Positions 1 through 13,098 of a stretch of DNA of 64,000 nucleotides are shown piece by piece. Each line of letters opens with the position of its first letter. Within the stretch, counting starts at the first letter, position 1. The position numbers and the translations under genes were made by a program. The notes under the pieces were generated by a model. The model did not search any database, was not told the origin of the DNA, and saw only the letters and a list, made by a program, of their open reading frames with translations. Source of the stretch: Eledone cirrhosa. Taxonomy: Eukaryota. The stretch covers positions 67,766,001-67,830,000 of the forward strand of contig OZ024746.1 of the NCBI GenBank assembly GCA_964016885.1, in the 5' to 3' direction.

Positions 1-1050
1 ATAACATGGCTGGCTGTACAACAAGGGACTGTATTTCAAGTATTAACAATTGTTTCATTGATTAGGTGAGTCTAAAGGCTGCTAATCACTCGAAGTTGCG
101 TCACTCGACTTTAAATACAGTGTTTACCTCTGATCAAATCCTCAGAATACTAGAGAACTCATATATGGCAATGGTATATATAGATACCGCGTAGAATCAA
201 AACAATAACATCAATAATAAAATATAATGATAAACAGGTAAAAAAGTTACAGATGTAAAAAGTAAAGAAATAAAAAAAATATATAAGTACAGAATACGAT
301 AATTGATAATAGTGGGGGTGGAAAGCAACATTAGATACATGCATACATACATGGTGGTCAAAGGGTTAGAAGTAGAGAATACGAGGTAGTAACAAATGAC
401 AGATAAAAGATAAAAAACAATAAATTAAAAATTATGTGAGAGATACGAGGATCAGACATAAGGACTAAGGATGGACGGGGAAGGGGGATTTTGATATGTG
501 TGTGTGGTAAATATTTAGCCTGCTGATTGTCTTATCTTAATGGGGTTGATGTGGCTTCAGTGAGAGAGAGTGAAAGAAAGGTTAGGAGATTTATGATGTA
601 ATCACCAGTCGGTCAGTTGACAGCTAATAACAGTGTGGTGGTATGTATTCCGTACATTAAAATCCGGGTGGTTGAGCTCGAATTTTGGGATTGCTGGATC
701 GAATCATGCTGGTTTGAAATTTGTGAACTTGGTAGCTGCTTTGTGCATACAGAAAATTGATCTTTCTATTTTGCTGTTAAGCAGCATCTTATCATACTTT
801 AAAATATGGAATAGCTCCATATTGCAAAGTCCGCAGTGGGACATTCCATTGTTGTAGGAACCTTGCTTCCGATAATTTTGACCAACTAATCCTATATTCC
901 TGGTTTGTGTTCCTAAGCTGCCAGATTTTATTGGCCAGCGTTATAGAGTTCTCTAGTTTATGGTTCTTCATAGAGTGTCTGTGAATATACCATTTTTTTT
1001 AAACTCCTCAGCCGTGGAACCTATGTAGTGCCATGTTAAGTTGCCCATCT
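1..1050 (-). mobile_element. Penelope-like retroelement relic (C-terminal GIY-YIG endonuclease plus 3' pseudo-LTR)
   Basis: Minus-strand reading gives TWHYIGSTAEEF and, after frameshifts, SYNNGMSHCGLCNMELFHILKYDKMLLNSKIERSIFCMHK*, which is a typical PLE GIY-YIG C-terminus. A hammerhead lies in the downstream UTR. Confidence 0.75.
39..151 (-). ncRNA. Type I hammerhead ribozyme with long helix II (PLE pLTR type)
   Basis: Minus strand reads AGUAUU-CUGAGGA-U/UUGAU...AUCAA/U-GAAA-CAAUUG-UU^-AAUACU. Helix I has 6 bp and helix III is the palindrome ACAAUUGU. Confidence 0.7.
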
Positions 1051-1149
1051 ATCCCATTTAGTATTTATTTACTTAAGCATTCTTTTTTCTTGGAAACAAA
1101 ATCTTAAGTAGTATTGCACTACATTAATATAATAATTATGTTTTAATAT

Positions 1150-1465
1150 GTGAAGATGCATGGTTTAGAAGGTTAGAGTGTTGGGCTTACAATCATGATG
1201 TGTTGTGATCATAAGCAATACACTTCATTTCATGTTGTTCTAGTTTTCTCAGCTATAAAAATGAGTTGCAGCGTCACTGTTTCCCAGCTGTATTGGCCAT
1301 TGCCTTTCTCTTCGACAACATTGGTCGCGTATAGATGTGAGACCAGTATGCATGGGCAACTGTTGGTCTTCTACTAACAACCTTGCCCGCACTTGTGCCT
1401 ATGAAGGGAAACTTTATAGGTGCAAATCATATCGTCATTCGTGACTGAAGAGGGTCTTTACTCTT
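1150..1465 (+). mobile_element. tRNA-derived SINE, degenerate
   Basis: The head tggtttagaaggttagagtgttgg and the body tgttctagttttctcagctataaaaatgag resemble the copies at 29868, 49905, 59720 and 60480. Confidence 0.5.
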
Positions 1466-2789
1466 TCAATATGTATGAAATATGTAATAATTCACATTCA
1501 TGCATACTTCTGCATAATACCCAAATGGTTCACACAATTGTTGATCCTGAGTAAAACAGCCTGTAACTCCAAGTGTTGAACGTTCATTTAAGGTGCTATA
1601 AAACATCAAACTAGATGTAAAAATTCAAACGTTGAGGGGACTGGAAGCTGTGAAACATCAAACATATGTGGGTAAGCCATTAAAATTGACTCCATACATC
1701 CACACTGAACACCCACCCAACTCCATGTAGAATTACGAATTATGGAAAGGTGTCAGTTATATTGCAAGGAAACTCAACTGGGAGAGCAGAAACTGAACAT
1801 TTTGCATGAAGACATAAACCCTGAAAAGCTGCAGAATCTATAAGAACGGTACAGTGGAAAAAAAGTAAAGACAGCATGATAAAATGTAGACAATGATATA
1901 CACGAGTTTAAATGCCTTCGTGTCAGACACTAAATTGTTCCAATATTCTCTCTCTCCCTCAACAAGCCAAGCTTATTAATATTATATGATATCTACATTT
2001 AAATTTCAAAAGAAAATCTAGCGCTATATAGCGTTGAAAATATAGATACAAAAACAGAATTGAGATGGCAAAACAATTGAAATAGCGTAGATAGTAAAAG
2101 TTAACGGCTATGTTATCTTTAGCACATCATATGTAGCTGAGGTGTAAAACTGATGTAAACAATACAGTGAGAACTGTCAAACAGCGTAGTTTGTTTTCCA
2201 AACACTATTAGAAGAAACAAAATAAGAAAACTTGTTAAATTTCTTAAATGTGATATTTCTTAAGTTGCGTAGATTAATGTAAATTGAATTTCGATCGTCT
2301 GCTATCTTCAAACATCGTTTAGCTGACTGTTGAACCATATACATGGTGAAAAGTTATTAAACTTTGAAAATAGTTGCCTGAGAGAAAGTTCTTAAAATAA
2401 CTATGAGAATTGTCCTGAGAGACATACAGTCTGAAAGAGATACGAGACAAATTTAAGGGCGAAATGTCTTTGTTTTGTTTTATTTAGTTGTTTTTTTTTG
2501 TAAATCTAGACAGCGAAGTTCTTGTCATCGATGGAAACCAGCCTTACTGAGGTATCATGTGATGGGTGAGGGTACATGCTTGGTTCAGCACTGAATGGCT
2601 GGCGTAAGTCACATAAGTGAAATCTTTGTGATTTTTTTACACCAACTTTACAGTCGTAATTCATCTTTTTTACGATCGAGGAAAACAACGTGTACGAATT
2701 CTGAAGAAACAAATCAAAGCAACCTGAGTGACGGCCTTTTTTTTTTAATGTGAGCACGAATGTAAGTTAGCGCATGGGTCCGCCTGATG

Positions 2790-2839
2790 ATGAGTTTATT
2801 TCATGGTGCCCACTTCTCGAAAAAGGTTGCCCATGCCTG
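2790..2839. mobile_element. hAT-like terminal inverted repeat end
   Basis: aaaaaggttgcccatgcctg is the reverse complement of CAGGCATGGGCAA, a hAT-type terminus. No partner end was found. Confidence 0.35.
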
Positions 2840-3919
2840 GGTTAGACTGTCAGGCGACGAAAGATTATAACAAAATGCTGAACATCAAAAAGGAAATAAA
2901 TAGCTGCGACAGGTGGTGAGTCATTTTATAGAAGATCCGTCCAACTAATGCATCATTGAAAAACGAACACAAAATTATTCTGTTTCCATCTGCCAAATCT
3001 CTCTCATAAAGTATTAGTCATCTCGATACTACGCCAGGTGACACTAACCCTAAATGTTACACTTCCTACATTTTAAGTTTCTAGAAAATATATCTGCTGT
3101 TTTGCTCACATTGTAAACTTGAATTAAAAAAAAAAGTATCAAAATTTGTGAAAGATTTTTACTGGTCATTTCTGAAGCTTCTGAACGAACGTTCTCATTT
3201 GCGAAATGATTAAAGACGGTTTCAATCAATGACACAAGAGATATTGAATTCTCTGGCTATACTTTCGTACAACAAAGAACGGGACCTAGAGAATAAATCT
3301 GATTGCTGCTGAATTTGCTTTCTCAAATAAGAATCAAAGTAATTTCAACAGTTGGTGATTGATTGGATCGTAAATTGAGTTGGAAAAGGAAATTCTATAA
3401 TTACGACTGTCTTGACACCCCGAGAATACCATGGTGTAATTCATATTCTACTATACATACGTTACAAATTTTAATGTACACCTTCCAGACCTCCTAGTAG
3501 CGAAATATTAAATGTTACTGCAACAAGAAAACGATGGATTTTATTCATTTTCTGTTATTTCAATAAATAGGATGCATAAAAATGAAAAAAATTAGCAGAA
3601 GACAGACAATCAACGTTACAAGCAGAGGCGTTGGAGATTCCTACTAATAATTTCTAGGCAAACCTACGAAGAAAAATGCTTATGAAAACTCATATTTTCT
3701 TTGTTGTTGTATATGTGATATACATACTTTTTTTACAAGAAGCCAATGAGACTCGAAATTCAATTCGTGATATTTATATTTTTTTTTAATTTAAGGGTAC
3801 ATACATATATTTGGTATATTTGCATGTCATTAGGCTAAAAATGTGTAAATTTATATACAGACTTACTCAGTCACTGTTACCGCTATACTGAATATATACA
3901 AATATAACTTTATTGTGGA

Positions 3920-4100
3920 TTGGCAGTATCGGTAGAGGGTCGGACGCCATGCTTTGACGCATAGATTTACAGCCCTTTCCATTCTGAGTTCAAATCCCGC
4001 CGAGGTCAACTTTGCCTTTCATACTTACGGGGTCGATAAAATAAAGTACCAGTAATGTACTGGGTAACTGCTGGCCTTGTGCCAAAGGTAGAAACAATTA
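3920..4100 (+). mobile_element. tRNA-derived SINE, near full length
   Basis: Box A-like tggcagtatcggtag, box B gagttcaaatcc and the core gtcaactttgcctttcat...ggggtcgataaaataaagtaccagt. Related copies lie at 46185, 50495, 56858 and elsewhere. Confidence 0.8.
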
Positions 4101-4147
4101 TATATTACAGATGCTTAGCACACAACTTTATATATATATATATATAT

Positions 4148-4255
4148 ATTGTTTTACTTTGTGGGAGGGTCATGTTGCCAACAAAAACACACGTACCTGT
4201 CGGATTTCACTTCAATTTATTATAAATTTCCGGTTGGTTCGATAACCGGAAGATT
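4148..4255 (-). mobile_element. 3' end of a Penelope-like family (same family as 41450-41575)
   Basis: The motif ggagggtcatgttgccaa...ttcacttcaatttattataaatttccggttgg recurs at 4735 and, reverse-complemented, at the end of the PLE at 40626-41575. It abuts (TA)n. Confidence 0.65.
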
Positions 4256-4269
4256 GTTAAATTCACCAC

Positions 4270-4700
4270 CAAGTGCGACAATCGGTCGCACATCACAAGG
4301 GTCAACGGAAATTTTTGAGACAAGCCAAGACGCTTGCAGCATTACCAGCGAGGCTACGGCGCTGAAACAACCAGGCACCCTCACGGGCACCACCAGACAT
4401 CTCAGTAAGGTGAGTCGCCAATGATGACAAGAAATTAGCTCTCAGCGGCCAAACTCCTCCAAACGTCTCGAACACCACAGGCTGGAAAAAAAAATTTGTT
4501 GGATAGATCTCGGCATTTTCGTATTTTATTCCAATCGGCAACGGAAGCAGTGACACTCACATTTACTGCAGCATCCATGAATTGGGAAGGAGCAAAAGAG
4601 TCACTGACTGTGACGTCCAATATGAGACAAAGGGTAAGGTCGTCTGGTCTCTTCCAATAACTTCTGGATAACGTAGTCGGCTCTGAATTTGTTTTGAAAG
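4270..4700 (-). mobile_element. CRE/R2-type non-LTR retrotransposon fragment (restriction-like endonuclease domain), degenerate
   Basis: KRPDDLTL..LDVTVSDS...FQPVVFETFGGVW...REGAWLFQRRSLAGNAASVL matches the C-terminal RLE motif pattern (RPD..TL..WDVTV; F.P.AVET.G; QRLS.A.QRGNA). Confidence 0.7.
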
Positions 4701-4734
4701 ATTTCTTATCTAAAAACTTGTGTTGAAACAGATA

Positions 4735-5130
4735 TTGTTATACTTTGGGAGGGTCATGCTGCCAATAAAAACACACGCACCTGATGGTTTTCACTTCAAT
4801 TTATTATAAATTTCCGGTTGGTTGGTTCAATAACAGGATGGTTGTTTATGTATTGTCTTTCGACACATTCTGTGACTTCTTCAGTGACTGATTTCTTATT
4901 TTGTGTCTCACCTTTGTTCTGTCCCACACCATCTTCTTTATGTGTGTTGTGCCACACTTGCTGGAAATTTTTACCAGTACAAGTCAGGTCAGTTATATAT
5001 TATTTTTATTTGCACACATGACGCTACAATCATCACATACATTCTTTTTCTGTCGTTCATTGCTACAGATGATTTCATATGTTACATATAAAACCATTAA
5101 ACTTAGTGGTGTCTTGTTCATTTGTTAATT
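4735..5130 (-). mobile_element. Penelope-like pLTR copy with a truncated hammerhead
   Basis: Homologous to 41100-41575. The minus strand has GUCA-CUGAAGA-AGUCACAGAAUGUGUC-GAAA, but helix III is deleted. Confidence 0.6.
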
Positions 5131-5334
5131 CATAACCATGTGATATGGGAAAAACACTTCCCCCATGGTAATATCACTGCACACAACAAGCGACTATAAT
5201 TTCTTGTTTCCATGGCAATAGCTTCGCTTCTCTCGATCCACTGAGACCACTTCATAATCACTTCTACTACAAATAAACAAACGAATCAACCAGACAACAA
5301 CCTAACCAAAAACTTATACAATCGCTGCTAAATA

Positions 5335-5544
5335 CAGGGTGACCACAAAACACTCCTTGATTTCAAATACTTATAATATGAAAACTTAAATGAATATTCT
5401 TACAATATTTGTGGCTACAGTTACATAAACTAACAAAGTTATATGTGGTATTGGTTGATAAAATAGACACTCGATGTGTGCCCCTTTTGTTGCTCAGCAA
5501 ACATCAATGCGATAATCAACCTCTGAGTGATTTTGTGGTCACCT

Positions 5545-5546
<2 letters not shown>
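5335..5546. mobile_element. Tc1/mariner MITE
   Basis: TIRs CAGGGTGACCACAAAACACTC and GAGTGATTTTGTGGTCACCTTG, with TA on both sides. Confidence 0.75.
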
Positions 5547-5579
<33 letters not shown>

Positions 5580-5584
<5 letters not shown>

Positions 5585-5770
5585 TAAAAGGAAAAGAAAA
5601 TGCTGACAAATTTTTCCCAGTGAAAAATAGTTTAATTAGGAATAAGTATAAATTAGTAATAAGTATTGGTTAGTATTCAGTTTTAGTTTTAAGTTTTTAC
5701 CAGTTGCACATTTCTAATGCTTTTCAAAAATAATTTTGAGATAGAGCGCTTGTGATGTTTGCTCTAATCT
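5580..5770 (+). repeat. Unclassified ~190-bp interspersed repeat embedded in (TA)n
   Basis: A reverse-complement homologue lies at 34277-34460, also flanked by (TA)n. Confidence 0.65.
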
Positions 5771-7172
5771 ATATATATATATATTTGATTGCACTGTTTT
5801 GTTTTCACTTATGTATATTTTGAAAATGTTATTTATTCATTATAAAAATTACATGATACCATTCTATATATGGGTGGATTCCCTTTACCTCCTGGTTTTT
5901 GAGTTGGTAATAAATATATGTGACATAGTGGGTTAACTGCAATTCATACAAACCTAGCGGCTACTGAGAACTTGAATGTTCCTATCTCACTAGAACTGTC
6001 TCTAACAAAGACACTTCTCACAGTACAGTCTGTCTAGCTACAATATGAAACACAAAGTGAGGTACAGTTTACTACTGTAGCTAGCAAATGTATTTCCTAA
6101 TTATGCATTGATCCATAAATTGATGACCATTCATGGAGAAAACAAGAAAAAGACCACTCCAGCTTATCTTTTGTTAAATCTTCAGGGAAGTTCCCGAGTC
6201 CCACTGTATTAAAATCCATTACATGGCACCATGGAATATATACGAGAATGAATTTTAGATTGTAGTTTGGATTGATATTACATTGAATAGAATTAGTATA
6301 ATTCTCTATCACTATATCTCTGACTGTTTTCCATGGTAATAAATATATAAAAATAAAGTGTAAAATCAATGATGGGAAGTTGCTAGAAAAATAGGAGCAG
6401 CATTGCTTCCATTCCAAACTCTGTGATAGCCACAGAAGGTATTATTTGAATGCTGTTTCTTATTTTTTTCTCAGACACAAAATTAATCAAATTGATGGTT
6501 GCACTTATTTTAATTACTTTAAAAGAAAAAAAATAGTTTGTGCTTTTCTGAGCAGTGTAACATTTAAAGAAGATTTTTGGCTGCTGGGTGAAATGAAGAA
6601 TGAAAGCAGTGAATAAGCATTTTTTCTCAATAACTATACAAAATTACATCATTGAGAAACAGAATTTTTGACTGATAAAGATTAATAAATGTAACTTAAA
6701 AATAGCAAGACATATATTTTCCCAACTAAAAACTAAATCGATATAAAAGGAGGATGGAATGTTACTTCATGGTTTAAATGCTAGCAATATTAAAGTCATT
6801 CATCTGTAAAAACTATTGCTCATCTAAAACAATTTATCCATGATAGCTTAGAAAAAAATCTATATAAAACAAATATAAAAAAAGGAAAGAAAATTTAGGA
6901 TTGCTATTGGTTAGTTCTTTCTCTAAAGAATAAATAAATTCAATAACATATGTTCAAGCTAGGAATTTGTTTCCAGGCTATCTTTGTGTTTTTCATGCTA
7001 TAACCAAATATATTTATCTATTTACAAATGTACATCGACATATGAACTTCACCTCTACTTTTCAAAACCTATTCAATATTTTTTTATCTATTTTTCTATT
7101 TATCAAAGATGCTGTTACTATCCTTAGTCTGCTGATAGAAATCTTGTCACAAGCATTGTGTTATATCTTTAA

Positions 7173-7394
7173 ACCTTTAACATTTACATCATTCTTTATT
7201 TACTCATAGATTCGATATTATGTGAGATATGTGAAAATACATTAGTATTTTCACACATCTCACATAATATCGAATCTATGAGATTTTGATATTATTTATT
7301 TTGAGAACAATACCTTAACATCAGTATGAGTGGCTGATAACCAGTTTAAAGAGAAAGGGGTGAGAGAATTCTGGTCGGTTTAAATGCTAAAGGG
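7173..7394. mobile_element. piggyBac-type MITE with an internal 80-bp hairpin
   Basis: TTAA on both sides; TIR ACCTTTAACATTTA versus CCCTTTAGCATTTA (12/14). Internal near-perfect inverted repeat at 7203-7282; partial homologue at about 51987-52070. Confidence 0.65.
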
Positions 7395-7691
7395 TTAACG
7401 TTTATAACTGCCTAGCCAAAGGTTAGGTTTTTACTTCCTCTTTATAGCTGATTACTTGATATTAGGCCTAGAGGTCAGTTACAAAAAATTATTTAGAAAA
7501 ATGAAAATTTCAAAAGAAATCCAGTTCAAACCAAACATAGAAAACAGATGCAAACAATAAGAACAAAAATATATTTAGATATTTTTTGCAATGAGTTAGT
7601 AAAAATTAAAATTCACATCATTTGTATGTGCTGTATTTTGTTAACTTTTATAAGTTAAACAATAACATAAATGATTTGTTTTTATGTGTCA

Positions 7692-8326
7692 CTAGCAATG
7701 GTACCTGGCGTTGCACGGAATAAGGTATTTTGGAACGCAGGCCGCCAACAGACCTAATCGTGGAAAAACTGCATGCCTGGACAATATGTAAAGAAGATAA
7801 ACCAAATACTCTGATGGCTTGATAATATTTAAGATTTTCCTCGATGAAGCAAGAAAAATGTAGGTTTTCACTTAATGCAGGCCCTAGGGATCAAGAAAAT
7901 GAATTTTTTTTTTATGTGCATAATATGCCTTGAAATTTCGGGAAAAATTGGCTAAACGTAACGCCTCAAAAAAGCCGTAAAATGCTGAAAAAATGAAGTT
8001 TTTCATCTAATGCGGGCCCTAGGCCATAAAAAAGTTGGATTTTCTTTGCTCACGGTATGAAGAAGAGACTGACTAATACATAGTTACAACTTCAAGGAAA
8101 TCGGTCTGACGTAACACCTCAAATAACCCCTAAAAAGCTGAAAAAAACGCAGTTTTTCACCTAATGCGGGCCCTAGAGGATCAAAAAGGTGAATTTTTAT
8201 GTGCATAACACTCTCTAAAACCTAAGTAATACACATGCAAAGTTTGAAAAACATCGGTTGGGTACTTCTCGAGTTTTAGGGATTCAAACTCACACAGACA
8301 AACATCCTCAGTTTTATATATATAGA
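7692..8326 (-). mobile_element. Non-autonomous Helitron
   Basis: The minus strand starts A|TCTATATATATAAAA and ends with a GC-rich subterminal hairpin-like motif (ccgtgcaacgccagg) then CTAG|T. It contains three internal ~140-150-bp subrepeats (taatgc(a/g)ggccctag). Confidence 0.75.
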
Positions 8327-8846
8327 TTATTGATGTATATGTATGTATGTATGAATGAACTCATAAATCCTAGTGGAGTTGTGGGTATTTATGTCAGGTC
8401 TCATTCATCTTCAGGTCTAAACACAGCTGATTTCTTCTAGAGAAGGAGTGTGTGTTAGAGAGGAAGCAAGAAAGAGATATACTGTAGAGGAAGAATTGAC
8501 CTCAATACTGGACTGGTACTTTATTTATTGATCTTGAAAGGATGAAAAGCAAAGTTGACCTCAGTAGAATTTGAACTCAGAGCAAAAGTAAATACCACAA
8601 AGCATTCTCTCTAACATTCTAATGTCTCTGCCAATTCACTGCCAATATATTAACATAGATATATTTGTTTTATTGGGTTAAAATTAAACTTATCACCCAG
8701 AGAAGGACATAGTAACATGCTGCCACATTGCTTGCCTGCCATGTGGCAGGATGCTACTACATCCTCCTCTGGGTCAAAAACATAGCACACACCTTTTCTT
8801 TGCTTGTTTCCTTAAAGCTTACCATCATTCCTTTGGTACACAATTT

Positions 8847-8904
8847 ACACCTGATGAGGTCACCAGGTTCTTACGCAACCTGGCCACTGAAATGTGCATA
8901 GTGT
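8847..8904 (+). ncRNA. Type I hammerhead ribozyme, solitary
   Basis: ACAC-CUGAUGA-GGU.CA.CCAGGUU(cuuacgc)AACCUGG.CC.ACU-GAAA-UGUGCA-UA^-GUGU. Helix III is near-palindromic and helix I has only 4 bp. Confidence 0.6.
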
Positions 8905-11900
8905 TTATAGTAATAAAAAAAATTAAGGAAATTCAACATATTTGGCCTCCTGTCATTTCACTTTATGATATTTATATTTATATATAACTATAAAATTCCA
9001 CTTACAAGGCATTAGTCACTTGAGGGTACAGTAGAAGACACATACCCAAGATACTGTTGGGTCAAATCTGAAACCTTATAGTTGCAAAGCAAATTTCTTC
9101 ACCATATGGCTACACCTGTACATATGTTTATAAGTATTAAGTAAAATATGAAATAGATAGAAATAATATAAAAAATATATTACTAAGCAACCTTGAATAG
9201 AATACCTTGCTGATACATTCCTATCAATACCACGTCAACTTCATTGCAAACATTTAGACATGACCTCTGGTCTGAGACTAGCATATATCTTCATAAGTCG
9301 CTTCTAACTCGAACTTGCTATAAATCATGATCCCCCCCCCCCCCTTGTATCCACCATGTTATAGGGGTCCTGCAAAGACTCCAGGTGTATTCTTCTTACT
9401 CTGCTATGTGTTAGGACAATGTATGTGAAGAAGAATTCTGTAAAATTCAGATATGATATATGGAAAGCTTATATTTTATTTAGAGATTTATTACTACATA
9501 GTTATTTATAGAGATATGACTACCTACTAAAGCTTTCTGAATGCTGTGTCTAGAAATCGTTTAAAATGCTTCACTAAATATCATAACATACTTCTTTAGA
9601 GGTATAAATTACTTCCTTAGAAAACTGAAATCTTTCACAATGAAATCTAGATATTTTGTGAAAACAAACTCGACTTGCCAGACACCCAAATGTTTTCCAA
9701 TTCAGGAACACAGTTAGTTATTTCTATTTTCGTAAAGCACAACATTAGTAATAAGACTGACAATGTAAGAATTAAAACACCTATAATTTTTCTCTTGACT
9801 TTTGTTTAGAACACTGATTTTTGAGACAGATTCCGTTCTTTTATGCTGTTTCTTTCCTTATTGATCAAGCAAGTTATGATGGATGGACTGCATTACTATA
9901 TAATTTTCATCAATTGCTGACAAAAGATGATGGCTTGGCTGGCTGAATAACCTCTGACTTGTCATAAATCTATTGTGAGATTTCAAATTAAGTTGATTCA
10001 GGGCACCTTTAGAAATATCTTATTTCATATTTATTTCCTATTTGCTGGTATGTTCAGTTACCATTCATATTAGGTTTGGTTTGGTTATTGTTGTCCCTGA
10101 AAGTGTTGTTAATGACTATAATATATTTATTCTACTCACCAGAATTCATATTAATACCAAAGCCATCAAATATAGAAAATATTCTGTTTGATTCAGAACA
10201 GTGTAACCTATTTTCTTTCTTTTGAAAGCTGGTCAATAATATATTCCATATCTTTGCAATCATGGCAGTACAAAGTAAAAGAAAAGAAAACTTTTTCCTT
10301 TGATTAATATGTCGCTATAGAATTTGAAAATGGCTTAATTCTAATTTGTCAAACATACAATTTGTAATTACAAAAGTAAGAAGTTATTATATAGAAGACC
10401 ATATAGGTAATGTGGTACTAATTTTATTTTTAAATATATATTGATTTTATTTACATATATATTTGAATTGCTGTTCTTCAAATAATTTGTGAACTTTTAC
10501 TGATTTTGTAATATTGCAGTGTCCTTTGCATGTAAATCCATTGTTGATTCTACTTTAAGAAACCTTTTAAATGCGATACTATAGAAATACATTGAAGATT
10601 AAGCAAGAAAGTAAATAATGCTCAATTAAGTTTTTTTCTTTGTTTTTTTTAAAATCTCCCCTCTTGCTTTTGTATCAGTGTATTACAGTATTATATTTAT
10701 TCATAACATATGTATTTTGCAGGAGTGAGTAAGATTTATTGTAGGTTGTTTGTTCCCTGTAGTGGGAGTTATGATGAGTGAAGTTAAGACAATATGTTAG
10801 GCAGAGTCCATAGTAAGTGATACATGTGTGTATGTCTCAGTGAGAAAAATGTAGATTGTGATGCTTACCAGGGTCGATGAAACCAGTAGCCATAGTCGCT
10901 AGCTGCAGTGATGTGATATTGCCATGTTCCCCCATTACATTGCTGTGAAGTGTACAATTAACCTAAACTGCCAAATAATTTTTTTTTTTTGTTTGTTGAC
11001 ATGATTCATGCCAGAACCTTGTAAAAAATAGAAGACACAACAAATTGGTTGAAGTAATGTAAGTTTGTGTGTTGTTAGTGCATTATAAATTGTATTGGAA
11101 ATGAATGCAGAAATTCTGAATAAACTAACCTTCAATGAAATTTGGTAGATCTGGCTGGCTAGTATCTGTAGTAGTCTGCCAGTGAGTGTTCTGCCTAGAG
11201 CCTCAGATTTTCCTATGTATAAGGTCTGTGATATGACAGTTTCAAACACTAAAATGTATAGCAAAATCCTTACATATTGTTCTCATTGAAAGGAAATGTT
11301 TAACTACTGTTGAATTCACTGAGGTTATAGTTCAGTATGTTGGTGGGTTATAACAAATGTACCATTGCTTGCATCTTTGGGATTAATTCATAATCCCATT
11401 GCCATTAACAGAATATCTTTATGTATTTTATGAAGTGTATTAGACATTATTATCCAAAATAATTTAGTTTAACATTCATCAATGTTGATTATAATCATCC
11501 CCACCTCCATATTTTACTATATCATCTTTACAAATACAGATACATCAGGCACCATTCAATTTCACTTTATTGCCAAATTTTGCCAGGTTGTTTCGTTTTG
11601 TTTTGTGTCTTTTATGATACTTAAAATGAAAATTTACCCATTATTTATTATATACACAATGAAATAATCATTTTACCTACATAAACTGTAAAAATTACTT
11701 GTCATTTAACGTTTCACACTCTAGTTTTATAAATGAAAGAATCAAATCCCTCCCCTTCTCATTTTTCTCTACAGACTGACATCAAACAGCAGCATGACTA
11801 GTAAAATAAACCACTTTTTATTTGGGTAGTTCTAATCAACAGCCATACAGAATTATCATTCCTGTTATTCAGTTGACTGGGCTTTTATTTAGCAGCTTTG

Positions 11901-12497
11901 TTTCGAGTCACACATTGTTTTGTTTTTCATATGCAGACTTAACTAACAGCAACATGTTTCATGGTCACTGAAATATGATGGATGCACAAATTGTTGTTAT
12001 AAGACCATTTGTGCTTAAACCCAAAGCCACAAGCCTTTTTGCGGCCTTCAGAAGTGCTGACAGTTTTACAAGTCATGCAGAATTCTAGTGCATGTTTTAT
12101 ATGTGTAAAAAACAAAACAAAAAAACAGTTCAATATAAAACTGCAATTCAAATACACACTATGAAAGATTTAATACTAAAAATGTTATAGATTTCAGTTC
12201 ATCCTTTGCAGCAACTTAAACTCATTTACAGTAACAAGCAATTAAAAATTTGTTTACATGTGCTGTAGCTTACATTTTTATAGTTGCTAGTAGCTTTCGG
12301 TCTACACGTCTTTGTTTTGTCACAACTTACTGTTAACTATGATTAGAACCTATAAGTAATCTGATCACAACACAAAGATGAATCTTCTCGTTCTCAGAAA
12401 TAGGTCCATTTCAAGCTTATCAATTTTAATTGTTTAACATACAAAATTACTTTGTCATATCATTTACAATGAAAATACACAAATAATATATACAATA

Positions 12498-12720
12498 CTT
12501 CTTCTTCCTCTTATACCTCAGAGGGTCATGGGGGCAGATACTTCAAACACTCCTTCAAGTGGGTCATGTCAGAAGCAACCCTCTAAATAATCTAGCTGGA
12601 TCACCAAGCAAGACCAATCAAGCTTATGGATGTTATCCAACCATCTTGCTTGGGTTTAATCACTTTGCCCATAAAATCTGTCCAGCAATTATCTTTCCTG
12701 AGACATTCTAACCACATGCT
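12498..12720 (-). mobile_element. LINE 3' end with (GAA)n tail (RTE-like)
   Basis: Reverse-complement homologue of 45960-46108 (catgaccctctctggaataagtgg...gaagaag). Confidence 0.5.
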
Positions 12721-12864
12721 CATAATGTGTTTGGAATGACTTGTGATCTCCCAATTCGGAGATGCAGCAAAATCCAAACAAAAGAAAATATTAAATCAAC
12801 ACTAAGTGTGCCAAATTTTCACATACCACAAAGAGTAAACCAGATTATCTAGGGAGAGTCATGG

Positions 12865-13098
12865 ATCTTCAAGTACGACCCATTTTCCAGATGTGGACGC
12901 CATCAAGCGGGCTTTGATGACAGAGCTGCAGAGAATACCAAGAGAATCATTCCAGGAATGCATGGAGGCATGGCAGAGAAGGATGAGAAAGTGGGTTAGA
13001 CTTGGGGCGGTTATTTTGAAGGGGAAAACTTGTAGTTTGGATTTGAAATATTTTTTTTGCGACCCCAGTACTGTTTCTTTACTGACTCACTTCGTATG
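12865..13098 (+). mobile_element. mariner transposase C-terminal fragment
   Basis: DAIKRALMTELQRIPRESFQECMEAWQRRMRKWV..G matches the mariner C-terminal helices. It is followed by a probable TIR ending cttcg|ta. Confidence 0.7.

Noticed and set aside
6097-6417. 106-aa minus-strand ORF
   Set aside because: No recognisable motif or splice support; it could be an old transposon remnant but cannot be assigned.
10866-10935. Possible minus-strand exon with a gtaagc donor
   Set aside because: The sequence resembles 5161-5245, so it is probably a repeat, and the peptide is not recognisable.
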